Part shown: piece by piece, positions 1 through 9,742 of the stretch
Layout of the letters: each line of letters opens with the position of its first letter
How positions within the stretch are numbered: position 1 is the first letter of the stretch
NCBI GenBank assembly: GCA_013335095.1
Contig: JAAXWF010000001.1
Coordinates: forward strand, 150,797 to 214,796
Direction: 5' to 3'
Length of the DNA: 64,000 nucleotides
Source of the DNA: a candidate division WWE3 bacterium
GTDB taxonomy: Bacteria > Patescibacteriota > 4484-211 > GCA-002791395
The notes under the pieces: model-generated
Told to the model about the DNA's origin: nothing
Database searches by the model: none
What the model saw: the letters and a program-made list of their open reading frames with translations, nothing else
Made by a program: the position numbers and the translations under genes

Positions 1-2
1 CG

Positions 3-701
3 ACGAGCAAAGAACGAAAGACAACAGGAGAGAACTCATCGACAGATAGACCGAAAATCCAGAAAGTAGGCCCGCTTCTAGCCATATTCGAGCTGAAAAA
101 GCTCAGGGAATTTGGGCTTGGGTTTCTGGAGTTCTGGCTCGCCGTCGAGTATATCTTCGACGATAACCAAATCGGTTACCGGTACAATCGCTGGGCAAAC
201 TGGATCCCTGGAGGCAAAACCTCAGGTGATCGCAAAGTAGTCTGGCGTAATGTCATCGGTGCCAGAACCCGGACGATTGGCTTACCCATCTGGTTGATCA
301 CCAATTTCGACTGGCCGGATTATGGCTGGGTCGAACTGGAGATCGAAGGTAAAGAACAGTCCATATGGCTGTTGGTGTGGCACCCCAATGAGGCCACAGG
401 CCTCATCGCCGACTTTAGAGAAAGGCGCAATGGTCACGGCGGAAATGCGCCAGAAGCGCCAATAACAAGACCTCGTACCAGCACTTCTCGTGTACGAGCA
501 GATCAAGCGGAGCCGCCAGTTCAGCCGGCAACATTGGCAGAGACAGCAACGCCGTCCCCACAGTCGCGAGCGGTTGATCTTGGTGATTTCTGGGGAGCTG
601 GAGAAGAGGAGGCGGAATCCGAGCCAACTCGCCCACCCGAGGGAGTTGGTAACCAGCCCTCACGGACCCCGAGACGTCGGCCGCAGCCGAGGCGACGTTA
701 G
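3..701 (+). CDS. Hypothetical protein, 5'-truncated by window edge (possible bacterial PH-like domain plus disordered Pro/Arg-rich tail)
   Basis: The frame of the 294..701 ORF is open back to position 3 (TSKERKTTG...LEFWLAVEYIFDDNQIGYRYNRW...). Followed by a terminator. Confidence 0.6.
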   Translation, partial: TSKERKTTGENSSTDRPKIQKVGPLLAIFELKKLREFGLGFLEFWLAVEYIFDDNQIGYRYNRWANWIPGGKTSGDRKVVWRNVIGARTRTIGLPIWLITNFDWPDYGWVELEIEGKEQSIWLLVWHPNEATGLIADFRERRNGHGGNAPEAPITRPRTSTSRVRADQAEPPVQPATLAETATPSPQSRAVDLGDFWGAGEEEAESEPTRPPEGVGNQPSRTPRRRPQPRRR

Positions 702-718
702 TTCTACGAATAGATTAC

Positions 719-758
719 AAAAAAAGCCCGGGTGCATTAGCATTCGGGCTTTTCTTTT
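719..758. terminator. Intrinsic terminator, probably bidirectional
   Basis: A-run, AAAAGCCCGGGTGC-atta-GCATTCGGGCTTTT stem, T-run; lies between convergent ORFs. Confidence 0.85.
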
Positions 759-793
759 AAGCAGTGGGTTTTCCGTCAGCAAACGTTGAATAA

Positions 794-1189
794 CTAATAT
801 TGAATCTTATTCTTAATTTCTGAGATCTCACGATCATGGCTTTCAACCATTTGTTGAATACTGAGTAGCTCGTCTCTGAGTTGAGCAAGCTTATCTTCAT
901 CATTAAGACCGCTTTGTTTTCGCAAAAACTCAAATACAGTTTGCTCCTCAACTTTTGCAAAATCTTCTTGCGTATAAAGAGGAGCTCCCTCTTGTGCCAT
1001 TTCTTCGATCATATTCTGAGCTTTTTCAACAAACTGTAGGTGCATCTTGTCAGATAAGAGTTGCCATAATTGAACCGCAAACGTAATTTTTTGCTCTTCA
1101 TTCATTACAGTTAATGCATCAATATAGCGTGACTTTCTTTCATCATCAATAACGGCTAAATCGATTAATTGCTTTAATTTTTGATCCAT
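794..1189 (-). CDS. Hypothetical helical protein
   Basis: 131 aa ORF starting 2 nt after the stop of the 476-aa ORF; protein-like composition. Confidence 0.7.
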   Translation of the reverse strand: MDQKLKQLIDLAVIDDERKSRYIDALTVMNEEQKITFAVQLWQLLSDKMHLQFVEKAQNMIEEMAQEGAPLYTQEDFAKVEEQTVFEFLRKQSGLNDEDKLAQLRDELLSIQQMVESHDREISEIKNKIQY

Positions 1190-1191
1190 AA

Positions 1192-2622
1192 TTATGGTCT
1201 CCTCCTTCCTGCGGTAGATGCGCCGACATTTCGAGGTCGAGAAGGTTTACGACTCCGTTTCTTTGCACCTTTATTTAGCATTGAAGCCACCGATGAAAGT
1301 AAGCTCGACTTGCTTCGTCGAGATAAGCGGCGATCAAGTGCCTTTATGCGGTCGTCTAGAGTAGTTCCTGCTGGAACTTCTATATCAAGTTCTTCTTCTA
1401 ACCCAGCTACGACATCGGCTTCATCTAACGATCCCATTAAGTTAGTGATGTTTTCGACATTTCGAGTCTCTAGTTGTAATACCTTTGAAGCGACATCTCC
1501 TTCGACAAGTGAATACGCATCCTTTGCAAATGCACGTTGACGTTCTAAATCTCTGCGACGGTCATCATTACCTTCATTTGCGATCTCACGGTCAAGTTCG
1601 GCAATGGTTTGCATAATCTGTTCTGGGTTTTGAGATACCTCTCCCGCTTTAGCACGTGCAACCATTCGATCAAGGTCTTCAGCAAGTAAATCTTCTAAAA
1701 TAACTTGTTCTGGATTTTTAACATACTCTGCGGTATTAACAACCTCAGTTAATTCGGGTGTATTTGCCTTACGGATAATTTCAGCCAGCTCCCGCTCAGT
1801 TTGAGCCATTGCGATATCCATCTCAAGAACATCAAGCACCCTCCGAACCCGTTCAGTACTGCGGCCTGTCGGATAACGCCCAATTATTTCGGTCATTTTT
1901 TCAAGTGCTGAAGTTTTTTGTGATTCTAAATTTTGTGCACTAATCGTATCAATCCGAGCTTGTACAGTGAGCCGGCCTCGTTCATCCTGAAAGCCCTTCA
2001 TTCGTGCGGCATTGAACTCATCCTCATTCATTTCTTCAACGGATTTACCTCCGCGGCCACGACCGGTCAATGCTATACTAACAGCCTCAAACCGGGAACC
2101 AGCCTCTTTCGCTCGAGCAAATCGATCTTTCTCTTTAAAGTTTCCTGCTGCAACAGGATCAATACCAGTTAGATTCTCAAATATCTGAATACGTTGACGA
2201 TTAACACCTGCCACCATTTGTTCACCATCAGCGGAGAGTTTCCAACGCCCACGTTCGTCGCGTTCATAAATCTTCTTTTGCTTTGAAAAATCAGATTCAG
2301 GATCACTCATCTGTTTATACATAACCTCCATAGTTGAATAGATTTCAGCCTGCTGTCGGGGAGAATAATTACCCTCATATTGAGCAACTCGAGCGGCTGC
2401 GAGCTCTGCATCTGTTAACGATTCTGGATCTGTTGAATATTTTTCGCGTAAATGAGTGTAATAAAAATCTAAAACTTGATGGATTTCGACTTCTTGCTCA
2501 GCACTAACATCTTGTACCTGTTTACCAACTTCGCCACCCCAGTGAGTTGCTTGCCTTTCTACTTGTTGATTGTATTCAGAATTACTAAATAACGCTTGGG
2601 CTGCTTCGGAGCGATTCGCCAT
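1192..2622 (-). CDS. Hypothetical charged coiled-coil protein with basic C-terminal tail
   Basis: 476 aa ORF, E/R/A-rich; extended -10 (TGcTATATT) 9 nt upstream of ATG. Confidence 0.75.
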   Translation of the reverse strand: MANRSEAAQALFSNSEYNQQVERQATHWGGEVGKQVQDVSAEQEVEIHQVLDFYYTHLREKYSTDPESLTDAELAAARVAQYEGNYSPRQQAEIYSTMEVMYKQMSDPESDFSKQKKIYERDERGRWKLSADGEQMVAGVNRQRIQIFENLTGIDPVAAGNFKEKDRFARAKEAGSRFEAVSIALTGRGRGGKSVEEMNEDEFNAARMKGFQDERGRLTVQARIDTISAQNLESQKTSALEKMTEIIGRYPTGRSTERVRRVLDVLEMDIAMAQTERELAEIIRKANTPELTEVVNTAEYVKNPEQVILEDLLAEDLDRMVARAKAGEVSQNPEQIMQTIAELDREIANEGNDDRRRDLERQRAFAKDAYSLVEGDVASKVLQLETRNVENITNLMGSLDEADVVAGLEEELDIEVPAGTTLDDRIKALDRRLSRRSKSSLLSSVASMLNKGAKKRSRKPSRPRNVGASTAGRRRP

Positions 2623-2656
2623 ATTGTAATAAATATAGCATTCTTCCTAAGTACAA

Positions 2657-4345
2657 TCAACACTCGGAAGATTGAATATCTTTTAATTTTAATTGGATTG
2701 ATTTACCACCCCGAAAGTCGTCTTTATCAATTGAAAATAGAATATCTACTTGAGGTGTGCTTTTCAAAGAACTGGCCAAACTACCAAGTCCAAAACCGAT
2801 ACCATTAAGGTTATTTTTTAAGATCACTTTTAAGTGATCGTTGTTTTTGCCAACAGTACGGACATCTGTTAATTCTAAACCCACACTTACAAACTGTGGC
2901 TGAGGGTTTGATACACCATGTGGGTTTAATTGTTCTAAACATTGAAACAAGTCCCACGATATTAATTCAGGATTTAATATCATTTCAGCCGAATCAGAAT
3001 ACTCGAGCACATCAAACATCTCATTTAAATTTATACTGTCGATGAATTGTAGCAAGCTACCGAGGTTATCCTTACTTAAACTAAACCCAGCAGCCATCTC
3101 GTGTCCTCCCACAGTGGTCATAAGTTCGGATGCACTTCGCAATATTTCAACAACATTAATTCCAGGAATAGAACGGGCACTACCTTTAACGCCTTCATCA
3201 CCATTTGGGGCCATTACAATTGCCGGTTTTTTAAATTTCCCAACTAATCGTGATGCGATTAATCCGATAACACCCTCGTGCCAATCTGGATGAAAAACTA
3301 TTATTGGAGAATTGCCATTCCATCGAGATTCGACCATCTCATAAGCTTGCTGTGTTGCTACCTCAGTTAACTCTTGCCTTTTCAGATTCAAATCTTGGAG
3401 TTTTTGTGCTAAAGTATCGGCTTGATCTAAGTTCTTTACCACAAGCAGACGCAGGGCATCGAGAGCATGGTCTAAACGACCCGTTGCATTGAGCCGAGGA
3501 CCAATTACCCACCCCACTTCATACGTACCAATTTGCTTACCGGGTATACCTGAAAGCTGGCATAAAGCACGTAACCCCATTCTCTTATGAGTGCTTAAAT
3601 CAGTAAGTCCGCTTTTAACTAAATTACGATTATATCCAGTTAATGGCTGGACATCTGACAGTGTAGCTAACGCCACAAGATCTACTCCTTGTAACGGAAT
3701 ATCTCGCTTCATCCTAAGGTTACTCGAAATAACCCATGAAATACCGGCTCCACATAAATCATAGGTATGTACGACAGCCGATGCTTTCGGTACATCATTT
3801 AAATCGTCGGGTAAGGTATGATGGTCAGTTACGATAACGGTAAATCCTTTTTCTTGAGCATACGTAACCGAGTCCTTTGCCGTGATGCCACAATCAACGG
3901 TAATTAACAAACCCGGTTGTAAGCCTTTAACAGCTAAATCAGACACCATAGTATCTACAGAAGATCGACTTAAGCCATACCCGTGATTAACTCGATGCGG
4001 AATAAATGGAAAAACCAATTTATAATTCAAGTCGTAATACAAAGCCTCCCACAAAATTGCGGTAGCAGAGACACCGTCGACATCATAATCGCCATGAATA
4101 ATTATCGACTTATTGGAATTAATGGAACTCTCAATAAGTTCGACTGCCTGATCGATACTTTGACCAATATGTCCTGATACATTTTTAACAAATACATAAT
4201 CAATCTGAACACCATTAATAAAATCGTCGTAGTTATCAATACCTCGATTCTGTAGGAGGGCTTGCAAGATATTTCGATAAACTTGATCGACAGGTAACGA
4301 CAGGTCCAGTTGTTCAGTAGATTCAATTTTCCAAGGTAAATTCAT
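2657..4345 (-). CDS. recJ: ssDNA-specific exonuclease RecJ
   Basis: GDYDVDG, TVDCG, TDHH, GPRLNATGRL, GSARS and GGHEMAAG DHH/DHHA1 motifs. Confidence 0.97.
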   Translation of the reverse strand: MNLPWKIESTEQLDLSLPVDQVYRNILQALLQNRGIDNYDDFINGVQIDYVFVKNVSGHIGQSIDQAVELIESSINSNKSIIIHGDYDVDGVSATAILWEALYYDLNYKLVFPFIPHRVNHGYGLSRSSVDTMVSDLAVKGLQPGLLITVDCGITAKDSVTYAQEKGFTVIVTDHHTLPDDLNDVPKASAVVHTYDLCGAGISWVISSNLRMKRDIPLQGVDLVALATLSDVQPLTGYNRNLVKSGLTDLSTHKRMGLRALCQLSGIPGKQIGTYEVGWVIGPRLNATGRLDHALDALRLLVVKNLDQADTLAQKLQDLNLKRQELTEVATQQAYEMVESRWNGNSPIIVFHPDWHEGVIGLIASRLVGKFKKPAIVMAPNGDEGVKGSARSIPGINVVEILRSASELMTTVGGHEMAAGFSLSKDNLGSLLQFIDSINLNEMFDVLEYSDSAEMILNPELISWDLFQCLEQLNPHGVSNPQPQFVSVGLELTDVRTVGKNNDHLKVILKNNLNGIGFGLGSLASSLKSTPQVDILFSIDKDDFRGGKSIQLKLKDIQSSEC

Positions 4346-5217
4346 TTAGACTTTATATCATGCCACACAGTCAATAGAGGGGCGGCGGTAAACGGCGATG
4401 AGTACGATCCCGAAATTGTCCCAACTAATAGGGCTACAACAAACCATCGAATCGTTTCTCCACCAAGAAGTACTAAAGCAGTTAGAACAAAAACCACCGA
4501 CAAACTCGTACTTAATGAACGAACTAAGGTACTATTAATCGCCAGATTAACAACATCATTAAAGTTTTCTTTCGGATTACGTCGTAATGTTTCACGAACA
4601 CGATCATACAATACGATGGTGTCATGTACAGAAAATGCCAGTGCAGTTAGTGTTGCAGTAACAAACATCAGATCAATTTCAACACCCCAAACTCTGCCTA
4701 ACACAGCAAATACACCCAAGATAACCAAAATATCATGAATCATTGCGACTATTGCGGTAACGCCAAATCGTCGATTTTTAAACCGCCATCCAATATAGAA
4801 GAGTAATCCGATTCCGGTTATAATCACTGCTGTAATTGTTTTTTGGACTAATTCTTTTCCTAATAATGGGCCGATTGTTTCAAAGCTTAATTCTTCAAAA
4901 TCACCAAACTTTTCTTTAATCGATCCCTTAATTTCTTCCCATTTGTTTTGATCGATTGCAAGAGTCTTAATAACTAGGGAACCGTCATTTGTTTTTTGAA
5001 TTGAGGAAGGCTCAACTTGCTTATCCATAAATACCTGTCGTAAATCCGATACCTTATCTGATTGGATTACCGAGTCTCCTCGAACTTCAATGACAGTACC
5101 ACCGGTAAAATCGATACCTGCCTTTAAACCAAAGAATAGTACAGCAGCAAGAGATGACAACATGGTAATCGTAGATATTACTAGAAATACTTTTCGATAT
5201 TTAACTAAATTGATCAT
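4342..5217 (-). CDS. secF: Protein translocase subunit SecF
   Basis: GIDFTGG, IGP..G.EL, HD, DTIVLYDRVRE, GSYSS; adjacent to secD. Confidence 0.97.
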   Translation of the reverse strand: MINLVKYRKVFLVISTITMLSSLAAVLFFGLKAGIDFTGGTVIEVRGDSVIQSDKVSDLRQVFMDKQVEPSSIQKTNDGSLVIKTLAIDQNKWEEIKGSIKEKFGDFEELSFETIGPLLGKELVQKTITAVIITGIGLLFYIGWRFKNRRFGVTAIVAMIHDILVILGVFAVLGRVWGVEIDLMFVTATLTALAFSVHDTIVLYDRVRETLRRNPKENFNDVVNLAINSTLVRSLSTSLSVVFVLTALVLLGGETIRWFVVALLVGTISGSYSSPFTAAPLLTVWHDIKSK

Positions 5218-6593
5218 GACTTTTTTCCTCCTTCAGTAGGCATCGGATAGAATGAATATATCAGAGATTTTAACACTAACACGCCGGTAAATAGTCCTAA
5301 CGCAATACCGATACCCAAAGTTAAGGCGAATCCACGGACCGTACCACTAGTGACTAAAAAGTTCCAATCAAACGGATTGAATAAAACGAAAACGGTTATG
5401 ACACTCGCCAAATTAGCATCCCTAATACTGTCCCAAGCTCTTGTAAAACCAAGATTAATAGCCGCCCGTTTACTTTTACCCATTCGAAGCTCTTCACGAA
5501 TACGTTCAAAAATCAAAATACTCGCATCTACGGCTAACCCTATTGAAAGGATGAATCCAGCAATTCCAGAAAGTGTTAACGTAACTGGTACGAACTTATA
5601 AATTGCTAACGTCATTAATCCATAAATTACCAAAGCGACTATCGCAAAAATACCAAATAGCCCGTAGTTAATAATCATGAAGAGGGCAACCAAAAACAAC
5701 CCGACACAACCAGCGAGAACACTTTTCTGAATAGCTTCCTGGCCTAAGGTCGGACCGATATTCTTTTGCTGAACAATTGAAACAGGTACTGGTAATGCGC
5801 CTGCATTAAGTTGAACGACGAGATTGTTTGCCTCTTCAACAGAAAATTGTCCTTGTATGGTTGCCTGCCCTCCCGAGATTGCAGATTGAACACGTGGTGC
5901 TGTTAGAAGTCTTTGGTCTAAAAATATCGCGAGAGGTTTATCAATATTTCTACCTGTAATCTCTTCAAATAACTTTGCACCATCACCGTTAAATGAGAGT
6001 TGTACTAAAGGCGATCCAGTAGTCGGATCAAAAACGACATCCGCTCGTTCTAAAAATTTACCGTTTAAATCTGTCTGATTCCAATCCTCAGGTTTTGCTG
6101 AAAGGGTAGTTACATCCTTGTCTGCTGGAGCCTCGCGGAATTCGAGCTGTGCTGTCTGTCCAATTATGTCAACGACTTGTTTTGTATCAGTAACTCCAGG
6201 TAATTCAACAACTACACGATACTGATCTCCAATTTTACTGGTATAAATATTTGGCTCAGTGACGCCCAAGAAATTTACTCGTCTCTCAATAACCTGTTTT
6301 ACAGAATTTAGCGCGATATCGTGTCGGTCTTGTGGAATATCCTTTAAGTTAGCCTCCATCACAACCCGAACCCCACCCTGCAGATCTAATCCTGGTTGAA
6401 ATTTCAAATCTCTTTTAAAACGAAATCCTAAAAAGCTCACGTTTATATCATAATCACCAATAACAGTATCTATTTTAATTGGTAATGAACCAATTGTTTT
6501 ATCGATTTTAATAGGGATACGTGGTAGAACCATCAATAAACTGATAGTTGCAACAAAAAAAGTAATCCAAAGCCAAAATGATTGATGTTTCAT
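5214..6593 (-). CDS. secD: Protein translocase subunit SecD
   Basis: GLDLQGG, RRVNFLGVTEP, IGPTLG, GLAVDASILIFERIREE, GFALTL. Confidence 0.97.
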   Translation of the reverse strand: MKHQSFWLWITFFVATISLLMVLPRIPIKIDKTIGSLPIKIDTVIGDYDINVSFLGFRFKRDLKFQPGLDLQGGVRVVMEANLKDIPQDRHDIALNSVKQVIERRVNFLGVTEPNIYTSKIGDQYRVVVELPGVTDTKQVVDIIGQTAQLEFREAPADKDVTTLSAKPEDWNQTDLNGKFLERADVVFDPTTGSPLVQLSFNGDGAKLFEEITGRNIDKPLAIFLDQRLLTAPRVQSAISGGQATIQGQFSVEEANNLVVQLNAGALPVPVSIVQQKNIGPTLGQEAIQKSVLAGCVGLFLVALFMIINYGLFGIFAIVALVIYGLMTLAIYKFVPVTLTLSGIAGFILSIGLAVDASILIFERIREELRMGKSKRAAINLGFTRAWDSIRDANLASVITVFVLFNPFDWNFLVTSGTVRGFALTLGIGIALGLFTGVLVLKSLIYSFYPMPTEGGKKS

Positions 6594-6596
6594 AGT

Positions 6597-8828
6597 TTAC
6601 GATGTTGATACCGGGGAATACGGCTGAGCCATTTTTTTCTTCCGAAGATAAATAAAGATTCCTGCTACTAACAACGGAAGAACCGGTAGTCCAATTAAAT
6701 CGCTATACCGTATATACACCTTCTGTTGTGCATCTGCAAATACAAGGGGAGAAGCAAGACGGTTCTTTAATCGAATAGATGCTAGATCTCTGCTTTGGGC
6801 GGCTAGATCGACTAACTGACCTACAAATACACTATTATTTTGTCTGGTAAGGAAATTATCCTGTGGGAGAGTTTCGGATCCGATTACAATAATTGCTCCA
6901 TTCTTCTCTCCCCGACTACGCATAGCACCAACGATTCGACTTGATGGTTGATCACCAGATAGGTCAGCATCCGGAGTAAGCGAGATAGTTGATCCAGCGA
7001 CTAATTGAGCAGAAGTGCTGGTACTTAATATTTCATGTAATTCACTTCCATCTTCAAGGGTGAGGGCGGATGGCCAGGGTAAGGTTATTCTCTGCAAATC
7101 TTTCAACAAAGGCACATCCTGATTAATCGTCATAGTTGGCCAGAAAGCATATTGCACCAGAACCTGTCCTTGAGGCGTATTAAATCCTAGTAACTGGCCA
7201 TTTTGCTGATCATAGATAAGACCAGGCTGTATTTGTATCTTCCAATTCTTTAGAATGTCGTTAATCGCAACGGTATCCGAAGATGTTGCTGTCAGTGCTT
7301 GCGTTATAAGGCTCGCACCATTAGCCATAACAATAAGAGACATGCCATTGTTAACCTTATCAGTAATAAGTTTCTGATCATCTGTATGCATCGTCTGATT
7401 CACACCGACTAAAAATGCTATTTCGACGTCTAAATCTTCCGCTTTCAATCGATCTTTATCATCGCTCGAAGAAAGTTGTACATTTTTTACCAAATACACC
7501 GATGAAAGTAATTTACTTAGTTGAGAAGTTTCAACACCACCTTGATTTGAAATAATTGCAACTGTTGGTTTTTGATCTCGCGATAAGCTATATACAAGGC
7601 TCATAATTTGATATTCTAATTGCTCAGTTTGGCCCAAAAACGGAATTACTTCATTCTTTTCTTTATACTTAATATTCATTCCCAAATATCCTTCCTTTTG
7701 CTGATATTCAGTTTGAGATACTACAGTAAAGGGTTGCGACGTAATTCCCAACTGCGCGGCTTCTTGAGCAATATCACTACTCTCTTGTGGGTATTTACGT
7801 GCTACTTGTATGTTGCTGTTCGCCTTTGAGAGCTCATTTAACAATCGATTCAAATCTAATACGAGGGGTTGAAATGCTGGTGGTAAATCACGAGAAAGAT
7901 ACACATCAATGGCAACGGGCTCAGACAGCTGGCTAAGTATACTCTTGGTACCCTCGGCAATAGTAAAAATCTGTGCACGAGTTAAATCGATTTTTCCAGG
8001 AACATATGAAGTAAATACAGCTGCAACAAGGAGAATAATTGCGAATGTATTGAGTGGTACAGACTGAAAGGCAATAATTTGACGATTCTGTGGCAATCGC
8101 AATCTCATCACTTGCCAAACAGTTAATAGCAAGAATCCAATAATAGCCAAAATAAAATACAACACATCGGTAGAAGTAACGAGTCCGCGAGATAAATTCA
8201 TAAAATGATCCATTGGACTTACTTGAGAAACAAATCGAGTAAACGCAAGTGGAAAGATCGTGGTAACTAAATTAGTACCTACAATAATAATCATAAAGTT
8301 CGCTACAAATGACATAACAAAAGCAGCTAATTGATTCTTGAACAATGACGAAATCCACATATTGATAGCGAGAATAAGCCCAACTAACAACAAGCTTGAA
8401 ATATAACCAGTCGCAATAACACCCCAATCGAAATCAGCAATAGAGCTCAATGAGTATGGAATTATGAGTGTGATCAACGGAAATAATGCTAAAAATGCCC
8501 ACGCTCCCAAAAATTTGCCAAATACAATTTCGGTAACATTAATAGGGCTTGATAATAACCATGTGAGTGTTTTATCTTTCCGTTCTTGTGCAATGATACC
8601 CATCGAAACAGCTGGTATAAGCAGCGCGAATACCCAGGGGAATAGATTAAATAATTCATCTAATTGAGACACGCCAGTAGCGTAAAATGAATTAAAGAAC
8701 AGAAACGTTACTACGGCTAAAATTCCAGCAAATACTAAGAAATTTGAGAAGGATATAGCGTACATCCACAGCTCTTTACGAATAATGGTTTGAAGTTGTT
8801 TAAAGTTTATCAATTGCGCCATCTTCAT
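6597..8828 (-). CDS. ABC transporter permease fused to a GldG-like extracytoplasmic domain (GldF+GldG-type fusion)
   Basis: N-terminal ABC-2 permease (ERKDKTLTWLLSSP...GKF), then IDLTRAQIFTI and EQLEYQI GldG-like segments, C-terminal TM. Confidence 0.8.
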   Translation of the reverse strand: MKMAQLINFKQLQTIIRKELWMYAISFSNFLVFAGILAVVTFLFFNSFYATGVSQLDELFNLFPWVFALLIPAVSMGIIAQERKDKTLTWLLSSPINVTEIVFGKFLGAWAFLALFPLITLIIPYSLSSIADFDWGVIATGYISSLLLVGLILAINMWISSLFKNQLAAFVMSFVANFMIIIVGTNLVTTIFPLAFTRFVSQVSPMDHFMNLSRGLVTSTDVLYFILAIIGFLLLTVWQVMRLRLPQNRQIIAFQSVPLNTFAIILLVAAVFTSYVPGKIDLTRAQIFTIAEGTKSILSQLSEPVAIDVYLSRDLPPAFQPLVLDLNRLLNELSKANSNIQVARKYPQESSDIAQEAAQLGITSQPFTVVSQTEYQQKEGYLGMNIKYKEKNEVIPFLGQTEQLEYQIMSLVYSLSRDQKPTVAIISNQGGVETSQLSKLLSSVYLVKNVQLSSSDDKDRLKAEDLDVEIAFLVGVNQTMHTDDQKLITDKVNNGMSLIVMANGASLITQALTATSSDTVAINDILKNWKIQIQPGLIYDQQNGQLLGFNTPQGQVLVQYAFWPTMTINQDVPLLKDLQRITLPWPSALTLEDGSELHEILSTSTSAQLVAGSTISLTPDADLSGDQPSSRIVGAMRSRGEKNGAIIVIGSETLPQDNFLTRQNNSVFVGQLVDLAAQSRDLASIRLKNRLASPLVFADAQQKVYIRYSDLIGLPVLPLLVAGIFIYLRKKKMAQPYSPVSTS

Positions 8829-9742
8829 GATTCTTTAGTTAACATTCTAAATGCTTCTTCCAAGTTTGTTGTCTGTTTATGCAATTCAGTTAAATATGCT
8901 TGTACAGAAGTTTTTTCCGCGAGCATTTTAAACAGATCGTTCTCCTTATCAGGTGTTGTACGAATTATCAATGAATCTTTACTAGTAACCTCAACACTGA
9001 ATCGGTTCTGGATCGTGCTGACAATTTCAGATTTATTGTCACCTTCAAGCTTGCATTCTATCGTAATCTGAGAAGTGGGTTGTTGTGCTATTTCATTCAA
9101 ATTACCCTGAGCTACGACCTGCCCGCGATTCATTATAACCACCTTCTGACAAATTGCTTCGACTTCTTGAAGAATATGGCTACTTAATAAAATAGTATGA
9201 TCTTTACTCAAGGTACCGATGAGGTTTCGGATTTCTTGCCGTTGGTTAGGATCGAGCCCATCGGTAGGTTCGTCAAGGATTAAGATCTTAGGGTCCCCTA
9301 GCAATGCCTGGGCTAATCCTACTCGCTGGCGAAAACCTTTTGATAGAGATTCGATTGGCTGATTATAAATTTCTTTGATGTTAGTCGCTTCAATAACTTT
9401 AGATTCTTGGGCAAAATACTGGGAAGTGGTCATCCCTTTTAAATCAGCAGCTAATCGTAAACTCTCACTGACGAGAAGATTTGAATAGAGTGGATTATCT
9501 TCGGCCAAATACCCGATGTTCTTTTTCATAGCCGAAGTTACCGATTTCATTGAGCGCCCGTCAATAATAATATCACCATTATCCGGAACAAGTACCCCCG
9601 TAATCATATTTAATGTAGTCGTCTTACCTGCTCCATTTGGGCCGAGCAAACCGACCACCTCTCCCTGATCGACAGTAAAAGAAGCACTATTTACCGCACG
9701 ATGCTTTCCATAAGTTTTTGAAATACTCTTTACTTCAATCAT
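8825..9742 (-). CDS. ABC transporter ATP-binding protein (GldA-like)
   Basis: GPNGAGKTT, LSKGFRQRVGLAQAL, LDEPTDGLDPNQ. Confidence 0.92.
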   Translation of the reverse strand: MIEVKSISKTYGKHRAVNSASFTVDQGEVVGLLGPNGAGKTTTLNMITGVLVPDNGDIIIDGRSMKSVTSAMKKNIGYLAEDNPLYSNLLVSESLRLAADLKGMTTSQYFAQESKVIEATNIKEIYNQPIESLSKGFRQRVGLAQALLGDPKILILDEPTDGLDPNQRQEIRNLIGTLSKDHTILLSSHILQEVEAICQKVVIMNRGQVVAQGNLNEIAQQPTSQITIECKLEGDNKSEIVSTIQNRFSVEVTSKDSLIIRTTPDKENDLFKMLAEKTSVQAYLTELHKQTTNLEEAFRMLTKES

